Shown: positions 13,836 to 26,797, counted from the first letter of the stretch. The stretch is DNA of 64,000 nucleotides from Lama glama (GCA_028534125.1 CM052818.1:9984001-10048000); one strand, 5' to 3'. Notes: a model not told the origin generated them from the sequence alone. Made by a program: numbers and translations.

Positions 13836-14179
13836 AGAACTAATTTTTATTTCCTCAAGCTATGTTGACTCCTGGATGAAATCTGAGTTAAACTGACATC
13901 ATATTTCCAGATTATTCTATGTTGAAATGCCCTATACAGATCAGTATCCTAGATTGATGCCTGGAAGGCCTGGTCTAAGTATCTCAACGAAGGAATTCGC
14001 TGGGCTCTAAGAAAATTCCAACACCTGAATAAATGAAAAGAATATAAAGAGAATGACATGTTTATTTTGGAGCTCAGTGGTAAACAGAATAGTGGACACT
14101 GGGTCTCACCAAGCATGAAGTAACCAGAGGTCATTCTATATTATATGCTTCCTAGACATCATAAATAAAAGAGGCTCTT

Positions 14180-15052
14180 ACAACAATAAAAAAAAAACCC
14201 AAACAACCCAATTTAAAAACGGGCAAAGGACTTGAATAGATATTTCTCTGAAGAAGATACATGAATGACCAATAAACAAGTGAAAAGATGTCTAACATCA
14301 CTAATACGCACATCAAAACCACAATGATATACTATTTCACACCTTCTAGGATGGCTGTAATAAAAAAAATTAAACAAGGGTTAGTGAGGATGTGGATACA
14401 TTGGAACACTTTTGCTTTGCTGGTGAGAATGTAAAATGGTGCAGCCTTTGTGGAAAACAGGTTGGTAGATCCTCAAAAAGCTAAACATAGAACTACCATA
14501 CGACCCAGCAATTCCACTTCTAGGTATGTACCCAAAATAATTGAAAGCTGGGACTTGAAGTGATACTTGCACACCAATAGTAAGAGCACCATCATTCACA
14601 AAAGCCAAAAGGTGGAAAATATTAACAGATGAATGAATATAGAAAATGTGGCACATACACACAATGGAATACTCCTCTGCCATAAAAAAATGAAATGTTG
14701 ACATATGCTACAACATAGATGGTCCTGGAAAACATCATGCTTAGTGAAACAAGCCAGACACAGAAGGGCAAATATTGTATGATTCCACTTATATGAGGTA
14801 CCTAGACCAGGTAAGCTCATAGAAACAGAAAGTAGAATGGAAGTCACAGGAGCTGGAGGGAGGGGGAAGGGGAAGTTATTGTTCAGGGGGTACAGGGATT
14901 GTACCCACTGGGGATGGGTCTGATGAAAATGATTTAGGTTGAGATAGTGGTGATGGATACATGGCATAGTGAATATATTTAATGGTATTGAATGGTACAC
15001 TAACAAATGGTTAAAACAATAAATTTTACGTTCTGTGTATTTTGGTACAAAA
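14180..15052 (+). mobile_element. L1M (L1MB-like) ORF2 end and 3' UTR
   Basis: GGGCAAAGGACTTGAATAGA, CATAGAACTACCATACGACCCAGCAATTCCACTTCTAGGTAT, TATTGTATGATTCCACTTATATGAGGTACCTAGA and AAATGGTTAAAA. Confidence 0.88.
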
Positions 15053-16534
15053 ACTGTAGCATATCCATTTAAAAAGGCACTGTTTGGGGAGAACAGAGCT
15101 CATAAGCTCATCAGTTATTGCCACATTGGTTAAAGAGAAGTCTCCTTGAAGTCCTATTAGACATGGCTTCCCTTCCTAAGTTCAATATCATTAATGTACT
15201 GTAACTCAATATAACAAATCCTTACTGAGCATCTACTCTGTACATGGCACTGTCTCTGATCCTAATTAATTCAGTAAAGAACTTGGGGGAGGTGAAAGAA
15301 GAACAACATTAGCAAAGAACCCTAGAAAGGGGAGGCTCTATCCAGTTCCGGAATAGAACCAGTTCAGGGAATCATAAGTTTTGACAAGACATTGGTCTTG
15401 ATAGGTAGCTAAGATTTCACGAGGCAGAGGTGAGTGAGTGGGGAGAGGATTCTAGTCTTGAGAGACCGAATAACACGAGCAGAGATCCCAAAGCAGGAAA
15501 ATGCAAGCTCATCCGGGCAGCAGGAAATGGTCAGCGTGACCCAGGTGGAAAGAGGTGACGAGGCTGTAAAGGCAGCATGTTGTAGGAAGCCTGGAAGACT
15601 GGGCTGGGGATCTTGTCCACCGTTTGGAAGCCAACTGTGAAGAAAGATGATTGGGGCTGCACTTCTGCAGGAGTCGTCTGTGGAGTTCATTGGGTTCTGT
15701 GTGCTTGTCCAGGCAAGGGACTCAAATAGGGTGATGGCACCAGACACAGTCCAGCCCGGAGCGAGACGAGGGACGTTCCTCAGAGGAAAACCTCTTTGGG
15801 CGCAGGGTAGAGAAAAGGAAACGGGAAAGTGTGGAGAGGGTGGCATTGAGGAGAGAGGGCAGAGAGTTTGATTTCCTACAGCTGGGTTGCCAGGGGCCTC
15901 ACACCGTGGAACAAGCCCTCGCCCATTCTCTGCAGGAGGCATTTCAAGCCTCTTCCACCTTCCTCAGATTTCCTCCTGTCTCACCATCTTCCTCCTCATT
16001 CTCAGCCTTCAGCTTTGCTAAGAATCACTGAAACCATCAAATCAGAACTCCTCTAGCTCTTTGTCAACCTAGCAACAAACTGACTTGCCTCAGAACCTGC
16101 TCTCTCCTCCTTCCCACCTCCATGCACCTGAAATCTATTCACCTCCTTCGGGACCTCGAATGACTAACTACCCCTCTCCGATAATGCCAGCCTTTGCCTC
16201 TCCACTGGATCCTTCCCATACAGGTATCTTTAAATGCTCAAACCTCTCTCTTCTGAAAAGCAGCCCTACATTGGCCACTTGTCCTTTCCAGATGCTGCTG
16301 CTTCTTGCTTCCCCACTCCAGCCAATCTTGTAAAAGAATGGTTGGCACTGGTTGGCCGCATACACTCAAAGTGAGGTACTCTCACCCTCCTTCTATGCCT
16401 GCTTACTCCTCACTCCATCACTGGCTTCCACCTCCATCCCTCTACTCAGACTGCTGCTGCTAACATCACTAGCAACCTCCTAGTAACTGTAATACAAACA
16501 TTGATCCGTTCTATTCTTACTTGATGACTCTTGG

Positions 16535-17725
16535 GTTTTTTATTTTTATGATTTATTGCGATATAATTCCCACACCATATAATACACCCATTTAAAATGC
16601 ACAATTAGTGAAAGAGTGGGTACAAGAACAGAAGAGTAGGCCAGGAGGCCACTCCTGTTTAAGAATGGTATAGCCATCACCAATCACCCTGAATAAAGGT
16701 GCTGGCATGGATGACAGTGCTGGAATATGGGGCTTGAAGAAAATGCTAGCAAGGTTGTCAAGGAAAGCTTGATTCTCATGTCCACTAAGTAAAACCTGTC
16801 ATTTTCATTCATTATCATCAACTCCACAATTATATATATAAATAAACAAAAGTATAAATCAAATTTGTACTCACTTCTACAACAGTCGTCAAAGCACATA
16901 CTCCACTGAAAATCAATTTGTCACCAGCGAAGGCCACAGGGGTCCCCGGGAAAAATAAGATGGAGTCTAGGTGATAAGATAAGGTCTAATCTTTTCTTTT
17001 GTGCTTCGTTTCACTCACCTAGCGGCCACGTGCAGAAAACTTGCACCTAACACGTCAGACTTGCGTTTCCAGCGCAGAACCGCCGTGCAGACACCTCCGC
17101 TCAAGATGGCGGCGGCGGCGGTGGTGGCGGGCCGAGGGCAGAGATGCTGTGCCCAGCACTTCAGTCTGAAGAGCCTGAGCAAAGCGACGGCAGGAACTCC
17201 GTCCCTCCCTCTGCTGAGGACAGGACGAGTAACAAAGATCAGCAAAATTTATAAAGTTTCACTTGCTCGTAGGGTGTGCAGAGGCCTCACACTGTTGCTT
17301 CAGACGAGAGACTCCCCAGCGGGGCAGTACAGCGCTGTGGACTGGGCTGCTGGCTCCTCCCGCGAGAACTCCGCTGGCTCCTCCCGCGAGAACTCCACCG
17401 CCTTCCAAGGACGAGATACCGTGAAACAGCCCAGCCCGTGTCCGGAAAGCCTGTGCTCTAGAGCCCCAGCGAGTACCTTTCCATTCTTTGATAGACGAAT
17501 GAAGCATTCTTTTGCTTCTAAAAACAAAGTACAATCAGTATATTTACATTTTAGTATATTCACAGAATTGTGGAACTATCACTGCGATTTTTTTTCAGTT
17601 ATCGCCTATGTATTTCTTTATTGTGGTAAAATACACAAAACATAATAAAATTTACTATCTTAGCCATTTTTAAGTGTACAGTTTAGTATGTTAAGTACAT
17701 TCACCTTGTTGTGCAATCCGTCTCC
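16535..17725 (-). mobile_element. L1M 3'-terminal fragments (16535-16609 joining 17540-17590; a second tail at 17610-17725)
   Basis: TTTATTGCGATATAATTCCCACACCATATAATACACCCATTTAAAATGCACAATTAGTG resumes as TTTTAGTATATTCACAGAATTGTGGAACTATCAC; second tail TTTATTGTGGTAAAATACACA...TTTAAGTGTACAGTT. Confidence 0.7.
16610..17539 (+). mobile_element. Unclassified ~930-bp CpG-rich insertion with LTR/promoter-like motifs
   Basis: Splits an L1 3' end. About 35 CpGs in 16929-17500 by hand count, YY1 motif CAAGATGGCGGC (17102-17113), TATAAA near 17250, AATGAA near 17498 followed by an A-rich run, and a degenerate flanking duplication. Confidence 0.55.
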
Positions 17726-19059
17726 ATTTCCTGCTGGCTCTAACTCTTTCACAACTCTATATCCTTGGCTTTTCACGATCCTCACTGCCACTCTCTGATT
17801 CCCAACCACCCCCGTCCATCATCTCTTGCCTGCACTACCTCAAAGCCTCCTAACTGGTCTCCTTACTTCCAATCTTGCCTCCCTCAAATACATATCGTTT
17901 CCAGAGAGATGGTCTATAGTGTGAATCTGATCATGGTGTCCCATACTAAACAACCGGTTCGCCAGTCACTTCAACGTGCCTTTTCTTGTCTCAGGGTCAC
18001 CATACATGCTGCTCCTTCTGTTTGAATGCCCCTCTAAACACCCTCCATACACCTGGTTGACTTGATCCTCCTATGTCAGCCTAGACCTCACTTCCTCCAG
18101 AGGGCTTTGCCCTACTTACCAGAGCAGGGTGGGTAACCCCTGTAGCTGCTCCAAGTACCTTGTAGCTTTGCTCATGCCCTAGTTACACATTTATCTTTCT
18201 GAATCTCCCACTAGAATACAAGCTCCCCGTATGTTTGCTTGGCACACAGGAGGTCCTCAATATATATTTGCTGTATGAATTTGTGATAACTGTTTTCTAG
18301 TAGTGAACTGGGGCTATCACTCTGGAGCTTAATGGAGAAGGCTAAGTTGGAGACTTAAATGGAAATTCTAAAATTAATTGCATGCAAGAAACAGATGAAG
18401 CATTGAACTATATTTAATGTTTATTAAACTTGAATATATAGCTTACTAAAAATAAGTATATACTTATACTATTAGTATATATATTACTAGTATATTAAGC
18501 ATATAAATAATATATAGATGTTAAAATAAGAATATATATGTACTTATCACAAAATTGAATATATACTATATTCAAAATTTTAAGGCAATTTCAAAGAATT
18601 CTCATCTGTCTTCAAAATTTTAGTATTTGTGTTTTAAGCCCAGATTCATTAACAACTATTTGGGCAGCTCCAGATGATCCCAGTTTTGAGTTAAACTGCA
18701 CAGACTTGTCCAGTGCTGGAACTTAAAGGGTCCTTTCCAGTCTGCTGCGTGCTCTGCAAAATCACCTCTACCTGATGTCCTGTCTTCTCTCTCTTAAGGA
18801 ACCGCTGGCTTTTGGAGGGAAGGGAGCAATTTCCAGCTGAATATTAGCTGAATTCTTTGGATCACATGATCAGGAAACAGTTAAAGTTTTGGTGTTCAAT
18901 TATTTCAAACTTACTCAACGGTGAGCTACTTAAACACAATTAGTGACCTGATGAACAGCCTTGGGACATAATAATGACTCAGTATAATTTCCATGAAAGA
19001 ATATCTCCTTAAATGTCTAGCCCCAGGAAATATGTTCATGGTGTCATCAAGCACTCATT

Positions 19060-19575
19060 ATGTACGTTTAGTCCCCATGACTCATTTAGGCCTCACAGCA
19101 ACCCAACAGGTAGGTATAGGTCTCATGATGTCCATTTTACAGGTGCAGCTACTGATCGTTTGAGAGGTTATATGGTTGCCCACGGTTACTCAGCTTACAT
19201 AGCGAAGCCAGGATTCAAACCCAGGCTGGCCAGACTCAATAGCACAGCTCACAAGCCTTGAGTTTAGCTTTGTTCCTGAAGCAAAGCCAGGTGCCTGGTG
19301 TCTGAAGACGGCATGGGTAACACTGTACAATGGCAAACACATGACAAATACACCAAGCTCCTGATTCGTGATAGCCTTCTACTTCCATCACTGCTTTTCA
19401 TCCTTCCAAAAACCCCAGGTGTGCGAGAACAGGGCCATTATCCCCATTTTAGAGATAAAGGGACTGAGACACAGGCAGGTTAAGCGAATTGCCCACTGTC
19501 TCATGGCCAGGCGGTGGCACAGCTGATATAGAACCCAGGTCTCCTGGCTTTTAGTTAAAAAGCTTTTTTCCATTA
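19060..19575 (-). mobile_element. Two MIR fragments (about 19060-19260 and 19410-19575)
   Basis: CCTCACAGCAACCC...CCATTTTACAGGTG...GAAGCCAGGATTCAAACCCAGG and ATTATCCCCATTTTAGAGATAA...ACTGAGACACAG...GAACCCAGGTCTCCTG. Confidence 0.75.
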
Positions 19576-22574
19576 CAGCACAACCTCGTGGCCTTCAGCT
19601 TTCAGACTCCGATTGAACAGCAGCATATGAATTAACTGAGGTTACTATATTATCTCCTAAAATGACAGCTTCCCATTAAAAAAAAAAAAAAGAACGGCAA
19701 AACTTCACCAATGGAACATGTGCAAAATACATTTTCACAAGGTCATTCTTACCCAGAGCTGTCTTAAAAAAATTATTATTCTCCATTTGGGCTTTTGGTC
19801 CATGATCCCAGGGCGTGTGCAGTTAAATGGGAATGTAAAATTTTAAACAAACAATGTTTCAGAATTGATTTCTGGTTAATAGGCCTGATTTGGGAAGTTG
19901 GTGGGTTTGGAAGATGTATGTTAAAAGGAACTGAGAAATTGGGTGACCAGCACAGTTAGAGAATTTAAAGATGTTGATTTGGATAAGAACAACCCAAAAT
20001 GTTCAACAGCAGTTGGGTTTGGTGTGCGGACAGGAGAGCAAAATCAGCACTATGGGTTGGTAGCATGTCTTTCCCAGGACATACGTGTATGGTGGATTGC
20101 AATCGGGTTAGCAACAGCACTTGGTTATAAAGGACGACATGTACGCTCAGCATACTTGTAGGGACCTGTGTTGGTTTTACCTGTAAAATATTTTTGTTTG
20201 TGGAAAGTACAATGTCTTTAAAACAACTACAGATATACGTGTTAGATTGTAATTCGATAGATACCAATTGGAGCCCTACTCTGTTTGAGACGAGGTTCCA
20301 GGTCTTGAATCAGGATTTTTGATGTTATGTGAGTCTATGAGCTTCAGGGGTGCAGGAGCAGCCTTGTGGCTGCCTGTGCCCCATCTCCTGCCCTCTGCTC
20401 TTTGGGGAGCTCAAGTCCTCATTTCATCCATTAAGGTGCTTGGGGGATTCCCAGTTTCTGAGCTCCCAACAATCCAAGAAGCAGATGTTGGAGGGGGAGG
20501 CCTGGCCTACCTTTCAGCTTTGTTCCCAGGCCAAATAAAACCAGAAAAGTCTTTCTATTTTGAGAAAAGCAATTTATTCTGGACTCATGTTTTCTCCCAC
20601 ACTTGGGCAGGTGAGATAATCTTAATGCAGTTTTATCAGCCTTAACTCTTGAATTCTTGGCTGCTAAACTTAAAAAAAAAAAAACCCTCAAAGAAGCACA
20701 AACCTTCCATTTCCATACCAAAGAGCACTAGGCTCTTCTTGGAAACCTTTATCTCTTTAGTGGTGGTGCTTGTCTCCTATTCTGTCACAGAATGGTGAGA
20801 AAATCAGCTATAAGAAGGGAAAACACTGCCACGGCAGAAACTTAAAACTAACTCGTTGATAACAATGTAGCAATAAGCATATGTTCTTTCCCACCCTCTT
20901 TCTTAAGCAAATATGTTGAGAAGAAAAAAAATGTCTTACATGAAACAATCTTTCACATCTCCACACATGAGGACTCAAAAATGTATAGCATTGCCTTCAC
21001 AATGTATAGACCCAGATTGCTTTTGTTTTCAAGTTTTTGCTTAACTTCTTAAGAAATGCCTCTCAAGATGGATTAAAATATGAAACAAGAAAAATTAAAA
21101 GGTGCACCTGAGAAAGTGGAACACAAACCAGGGTTCATCTCCAACCAGAAATACATGGGTTTTTGCGTGTGGTGGAAGTTTTATGGATGCTCCGAAGGTC
21201 ACACAGATGTTAAGGGAAGGTCTGTAGTTACAATTCCACGTCTGTGTTTACGTGCTGCATGATAAATCACATTTATCTCTCCAAACATTTCAGCCACTTG
21301 TTATCATTTTTCAATTACTTTTACTCTGTTCTAGGGGGCTTTCTCAGGGATAATTTGTCTCTTAAATCTCCTGTTTTTTATTTGCCCCTAGTGAGAGAAG
21401 CAGGAAGGACACAGCAGATCTTGGAAATGAAGAAGTTGGCTGTTCCCCATGAAACTCCGAGTTGCTCTTAACCCCTCTATCCCCAAGAGATTTTTTTTAA
21501 CCTGATGAAAGAATGGCCAAAATTTGAATGAATCAAAGGATAGGAATATAAGTTCAAAAACCAAGGAACTTTCCTGGAGAAAATAGTTTATACTTGGGAA
21601 AGGATCGAATATGCCTCCAAACCCCCTAGTACAATAAAGCAAAAACACGTAAGAGCTTATTTAAAATTAATATAATTTATGATTTTCCATAGACTCATTG
21701 GATTTAATTTCTATTTTAAAATATTTTAACAAAATTCCTTTCTTCCCCTCTGATATCAATATTGTCACACTTAGTATATAGCAGATTAGCAAACTCTATT
21801 GAAAGTGGTAAAGGGTGAAAATAGGACTGCCATAGGGTATTGTGAGGATTAAAACATGTATAGTGTTCATAACAAAGTAGCACAGAGTGCTTAATATTTG
21901 CTTTTTATTGTTGTTGTTATTATTACTTGTGACTGTGTCTCCATATTTATTTTCCACACAATTGGGATCAAGTTATATATACTCTTTTGTCACCTACTAT
22001 TTTAAAAACATAGTAGCTTTCAGACACTTTTCCATGTTAATAACTATAAATGTATTTTTTTAAAAGAAAGCAGATTATACTATATATTTGTTGGACTCAA
22101 ACCAGTCTTGAAAATGAATGCCACAAATTCACCAGCTCGTTCTCCTGCAGATCCCAGGCACACAGTTCAGAAAGCACAGAGAACAAAACAAATAGCACAC
22201 AGGTTCTGTGAGCTGACTTGGCAACCAGACCCCAAGCAAACAGAGGGCAACTGTTCTGCAGGAGCATCCAAGGGGCGAAAGGGCAGGCTTAAACGCCCCC
22301 TGAAAGTCGAGTGATGTGGTAGGGTGACAACATGGTAGGATTACTTCTTAAAGAGAATCAAAGTTTTATTGTTGTTTGGGGACTTGAACTCCCGACTCAG
22401 GTTTCATCCCCTGATATAAGTTGATTCTGAGTTGTGGAACCAACATAATCCAGAAGCCATCTGACCCTGTTGCCTATCTATTTCTATGACACTCGTTTTG
22501 ATTCAAGGCTTCTGGAGGGAGCCCATGGTGAGGAGAAAAGGGGACTGACTTCATGCTTGATGGTAGCCACCTTC

Positions 22575-22994
22575 TGCACTGGGTTGATTAGTGTCCCCCC
22601 CAAATTAGCTCATGTCCACCTGGAACTTGTGAATGTGATCTTATTTGAAAATGGAGTCTTTGCAGGTGTAATTAAGTCAAAATGAGGTCATACTAGATTA
22701 GGCTGGGCCCTAAATCCGGAAGAGGGGAATCTGGACACAAGGAAAATTCCATGTGACAATGGAGGCAGAGATTGGAGTTCTGTTACCACAAAACAAAGGG
22801 ATTGCTGACAACCACCCAAAGCTCTGAGAGAGGCATTGAACAGATTCTCCCTCTGAGCCGCCAGGAGGGAACCAACCATGCTACATCTTGATTTAGGATG
22901 TCTGGCCTTCAGAACTGCAAAAGAATAAATTCTTATGATTTTAAGCTACCAATTTTACGGTAGCTTGTTATGGCAACCCTCAAAAAAAAATACA
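22575..22994 (+). mobile_element. MLT1 solo LTR
   Basis: TG...CA termini; GTGAATGTGATCTTATTTGAAAAT...TCTTTGCAGGTGTAATTAAG and AGAATAAATT...GTTATGGCAACCC; TSD CCTTC at 22570-22574 and 22995-22999. Confidence 0.9.
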
Positions 22995-23753
22995 CCTTCT
23001 TATGAATATATGCAGATCAGAATGGAAATACGAAAAGTATATACCCAGAGTAGATAGACAAATAGGAAGGAAGGAAAGGAAAAAGAAAGGAAAGATTAGA
23101 GAAAGAACAAGTGTCTAGTTGGCCAATACTGCTTAATTAGAGGATGTCAGCTTTTGCTTTGTTAAGGTATTAAGGCTCATCAGCTCATCTAAGAATCCGG
23201 CTCTGAATCCGCAGCTGATGGAACATACATGTGGATGGAAACACCAGCCAGTGACAGTCAACATGTCTCAGTAGCAGGGGCTTTATCTGTAAGCACTGTA
23301 CTACTTAGATGCCACATGTGCATCATTCTTACATTCTTCACCCATAGCCCCCTCTCTTGAAGACCCAGGCCCGAGTCTGGTAGGCAGGAGGAGGATTTGA
23401 GTGTCCGTCAAGGTGCTGATTCTAAGATTAAATGGAGATATTATTCTCTTTTATGCAAACTTGGGAGACTTAACTGCAGGCGAGTGTGTTCTGTGGGACC
23501 TGGGCAGGCTTCCACCCTGTCTCTGTGGGACTGCGGGCTCGCTCTGGGCCCTGCTGCCAATGCACAGGACCTGGGTGCATGTTACTCATGCATAAGAATA
23601 CTTTTAACTCCTGTTAGTTTATACCCTGCAGTCCTAGGATTTAAAAGTATTTGAATGAACCCCAGCCAGGGTCAAATGATCACACTGAAAGAGAAAGCAA
23701 GAGTTTTTGCTAAATGAATTTTAGGGTGCCTTTGCTTTTACAATGAGTATCAC

Positions 23754-24149
23754 TGTGTTATCTTGCTAGGGCTACGGTGACAAAGGACCACAAACTGGGA
23801 GGTTTCAATAACAGAAATGTATTGCCTCATAGTTCTGGAGTCCAGAAGTCTGAAATTAATGTATCAGCAGGGTTGGTGCCTTCTGAGGACTGCGAGGAAG
23901 AATCTGTTCCAGGCTGTCTTCTCCCTGTGTCTCTCCATATCATCTTCCCCCTGGGCTTGTCTGTCTCTGTGTCCACATTTCCCCTTTTTACAAGGACACC
24001 TGTCATTGGATTAGGACCCACCCTAATGACTTCACTTTAACTAGGTTACCTGTGTACAGACCCCCTCCCAGATAAGGACACATTCTGGGATACGAGGGTG
24101 GACTTCAATGTATCTTTTTTGGGGGGAGGACACAATTCAACACATAACA
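23754..24149 (-). mobile_element. MLT1 solo LTR
   Basis: TG...CA termini; GCTAGGGCTACGGTGACAAAGGACCACAAACTGG, CATAGTTCTGGAGTCCAGAAGTCTGAAAT and GGACACAATTCAACACATAACA. Confidence 0.88.
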
Positions 24150-24159
24150 CTAGCCAAGC

Positions 24160-24310
24160 TGAACCAAGAGCCTGGACTCTGAGCCTCACTGCCCAAGTTC
24201 ACATCCTGACTCTGCTCTTTACTCACTTGGCACCTTGAGGCAAGTCACATAAGCTCACTGGGCCTCAGTTTCCTTGCTGTAAGTGGGAATGGTAGTAACA
24301 GAATGTCCCT
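24160..24310 (+). mobile_element. MIR fragment
   Basis: GTTCACATCCTGACTCTGC...ACCTTGAGGCAAGTCACATAA...GGCCTCAGTTTCCT. Confidence 0.7.
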
Positions 24311-24336
24311 TTTAGGGTAGGTGCAAAAAGTATACA

Positions 24337-24760
24337 TGTGTTTTTTACAAATTGAAGATATGTGGCAATTCTGCATTGTCAGAGGATGGTTAGTATTTTT
24401 AGTAATAAAGTATTTTAACATTAAGGTATATACATTTTTTAAGACACAATGCTATTGCACACTGAACAGATTACAGTATAGTGTATTTATTTAATGTATT
24501 TTTTAAGGTTTATTTTGGAGGGGAGGTAATTAGGTTTATTTATTTGTTTTTTAATGGAGGTGCTGGGGATTGAACCCAGGGCCTCATGCATGCTAGGAAT
24601 GCACTCTTTCACTGAGCTATACCCTCCCCCTCAGTACAGTGTAAACATAACTTTTACCTGCACTGGGAAACTAGAAAATTCATGGGACTCACTTTATTGT
24701 GATATTTGCTTTATTGCAGTCGTCTGGAACCAAACCCACAAAATCTCTGAGATATGCCTA
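24337..24760 (+). mobile_element. Internally deleted Tigger1-type (TcMar) DNA transposon, split by a SINE
   Basis: TTTTTTACAAATTGAAG...GTGGCAA is joined to the 3' end ACAATGCTATTGCACAC...GTGTAAACATAACTTTTA...TCTGGAACCAAACCCACAAAATCTCTGAGATATGCCT. Confidence 0.82.
24486..24630 (-). mobile_element. tRNA-Ala-like SINE (camelid Vic-1-like)
   Basis: Reverse complement reads GGGGGAGGGTATAGCTCAGTG...GGGTTCAATCCCCAGCACCTCC plus tail; TSD CAGTA(T/C)AGTGTA at 24474-24485 and 24632-24643. Confidence 0.88.
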
Positions 24761-26099
24761 CTATTATAAGGGAGTGACAGACCGGGCTGAGGAGCAAGAC
24801 ATCAATAAGATGATATTGGGCCAACCTGATACAAACCGACCTACTGTGTGACTGGCTATTTCCTAGGAGGGTGGGACCTGCAGGGTCACCCCAGGATTAT
24901 CCCGGCCCCAAGCCCCTCCATGCTGTCTGTGTTTCTGGAGGAATCCAGCAAATCTTCACACTCACTTCCCTGAAGGTCTGCCTGAGTTCCAGTTTGAGAA
25001 ACTGGAGTCCACGTTTGGGCTTTGGGCTGCCATTGGCTGTCTCAAAGAACAAAGTCCCCGTTGAAATCGACTGATTCTTTGGAGGAACGGTTATGTATGT
25101 GTTTGTTCCTTTTCCTGCTTCAGAAGATGGCGGAGTGCCCTACGTGGAAGTTAGAAGAGATTTTTCTACATTCCAGCACCACAAGGCACTCTCTCCACGT
25201 GCCACACCTCCGTTTCTTTAAAATATATATAAACAGACAATGCTTTAGATGCCAGGAAATGACATGACCTAGAAAGTGAGATGACAGATAAAATGAGGGA
25301 AGGATCTCCAGGAACACAATCTTGTCGAGGTGGATCTTGTCAGAGCAGATTTTCTGTGACCATAATAAGGGCTTTTAACACGAGCTGGGTTGCCTCATTT
25401 CTGAGGAGTAGAGGCTAGAGAGATTCTTAAAAAGGAAAAATAAATATTGCTCTAATTGGAGCCAGAGGTGAGGCAGGGTGGGACAAAGAGTGAGCAAAGA
25501 CTGTTTATGTTGGAAAAAGGGAAGCATTAGAAACGATTTAACTGAGAAACTCAGGAAGATGAAGGGTTTGGTCAAACGCAAAGAAGGCCCTCTTGTTTGA
25601 GAAGGAAGGACAGAGCCCAGGAGTCAAGAGGAAGATTCAAATTACAGAGCAGTGAATATAAGCTAAAGGAAAAGAGAAACCACTGTTTTCTGCAGGTATT
25701 AAGGCTGGGAAATTCGGTGTTAGGACAGGCATGCTGGCTGTATCTCAAAAGATTTGGGAAGATTTCATGCTAATGAAAAATGTTTATGGTTAGTCAAGAT
25801 TAGATAATATCTTCTTGGGCAGAGAATAGGGGATATTTAAAGAGATCATCATAAACAATTGTGTCCCCAACCTGATTGGAAATTTCTGGAAAGTTGCTCC
25901 AATGTCCTGTATTTTTCTTATGTGTTTGCTCACTAGTTCCTGACACATTGGTCATGGCTACCTTTTTTTTTTTAAAGCAGATACTTGACATATTTTATTT
26001 ATACTTTACATATTTATATGTATGCATTTACATTTATTTATACATACATATTTATACTTTACATATAAAATGTCACATGTTCTCTCTGGCTCCAATCTG

Positions 26100-26640
26100 G
26101 GTCCCTGACAGCTTTCTGCATACAGTGCTGGCACCGTCTTTCTAAGACATGAGTCTGAGTAGGTCAGTCCAGTTTAAAGCCCCTAGGTGGCTCCCGCAGT
26201 CTTCAGTATAAAGTTGAAACTCCTCAACATGGAGATCAAGGCCCTTTGTCTGCTGTCTGGCTCTGCTTACCCCTCTGAGATCTCCTCTCCCCTGGACTCC
26301 AGCTACATGGAACAATTAGCAGCTTTCAAACTGGCCATGTAGTCTCTGCCTCTTCGGAATAGCAGCTCCCTTTTCTTCCTCTGAATGTCCTCACTCAGGA
26401 CTCTGCTCAAAAGAGATGTCCTCTGAGAAGCCTTCTCTCATCTCCTAAAGGCAGGCTGAGGCCCCTCCTGGTGTTTTTTTCCATGGACTCCTGGACTAAG
26501 TTCCCCATGACATTTGTCACACTGCCCTGCAATGATCTGCTCACATATATGCCCACTCAGCCCTCATCAGTCTCTAAGTCCACTGAAATCAGGAACTGTG
26601 CCTCTTTAGTTATTTATACCTAGGGTCTGTTTGGTGCTTG
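26100..26640 (+). mobile_element. L2 fragment
   Basis: TTTAAAGCCCC...GTGGCTCCC...AAACTCCTCAACATGG...AAGGCCCT, CTCTGCTCAAA...TCCTCTGAGAAGCCTTCTC and a degenerate L2 tail. Confidence 0.6.
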
Positions 26641-26797
26641 ATAATAAAGAATTGGATAAATAGTGATGGAAACTCTGGGAAACCTTACTTCCCAGTTCTC
26701 TTGGCTTCTTTTATACCAGCTATCAGGGACAGCAACACAATTTGTGGGCCCGGTACAAATTGAAAATGAAGGGCCCCTTGTTAAAAAAGCAGAAGAC

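Larger units (their letters stand above)
16030..18281 (+). mobile_element. L2 LINE fragments (about 16030-16530 and 17730-18281), interrupted by L1 pieces and a CpG-rich insertion
   Basis: Pyrimidine-rich L2 motifs (CTGGCTTCCACCTCCATC...CTCTACTCAGACTGCT, CATCATCTCTTGCCTG...AGCCTCCTAACTGGTCTCC) and the tail TGGCACACAGGAGGTCCTCAATATATATTTGCTG. Confidence 0.65.

Noticed and set aside
15409..15942. 177-aa minus-strand ORF
   Set aside because: No recognisable family; it starts at a non-ATG codon and partly overlaps degenerate repeat-like sequence.
17001..17645. 214-aa ORF containing MAAAAVVAG
   Set aside because: It begins at a non-ATG codon, crosses the insertion boundary into L1 sequence and shows no recognisable domain; long ORFs are expected in GC-rich DNA.
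18440..18570. Loosely palindromic TA-rich stretch
   Set aside because: The symmetry is explained by low-complexity TA content.
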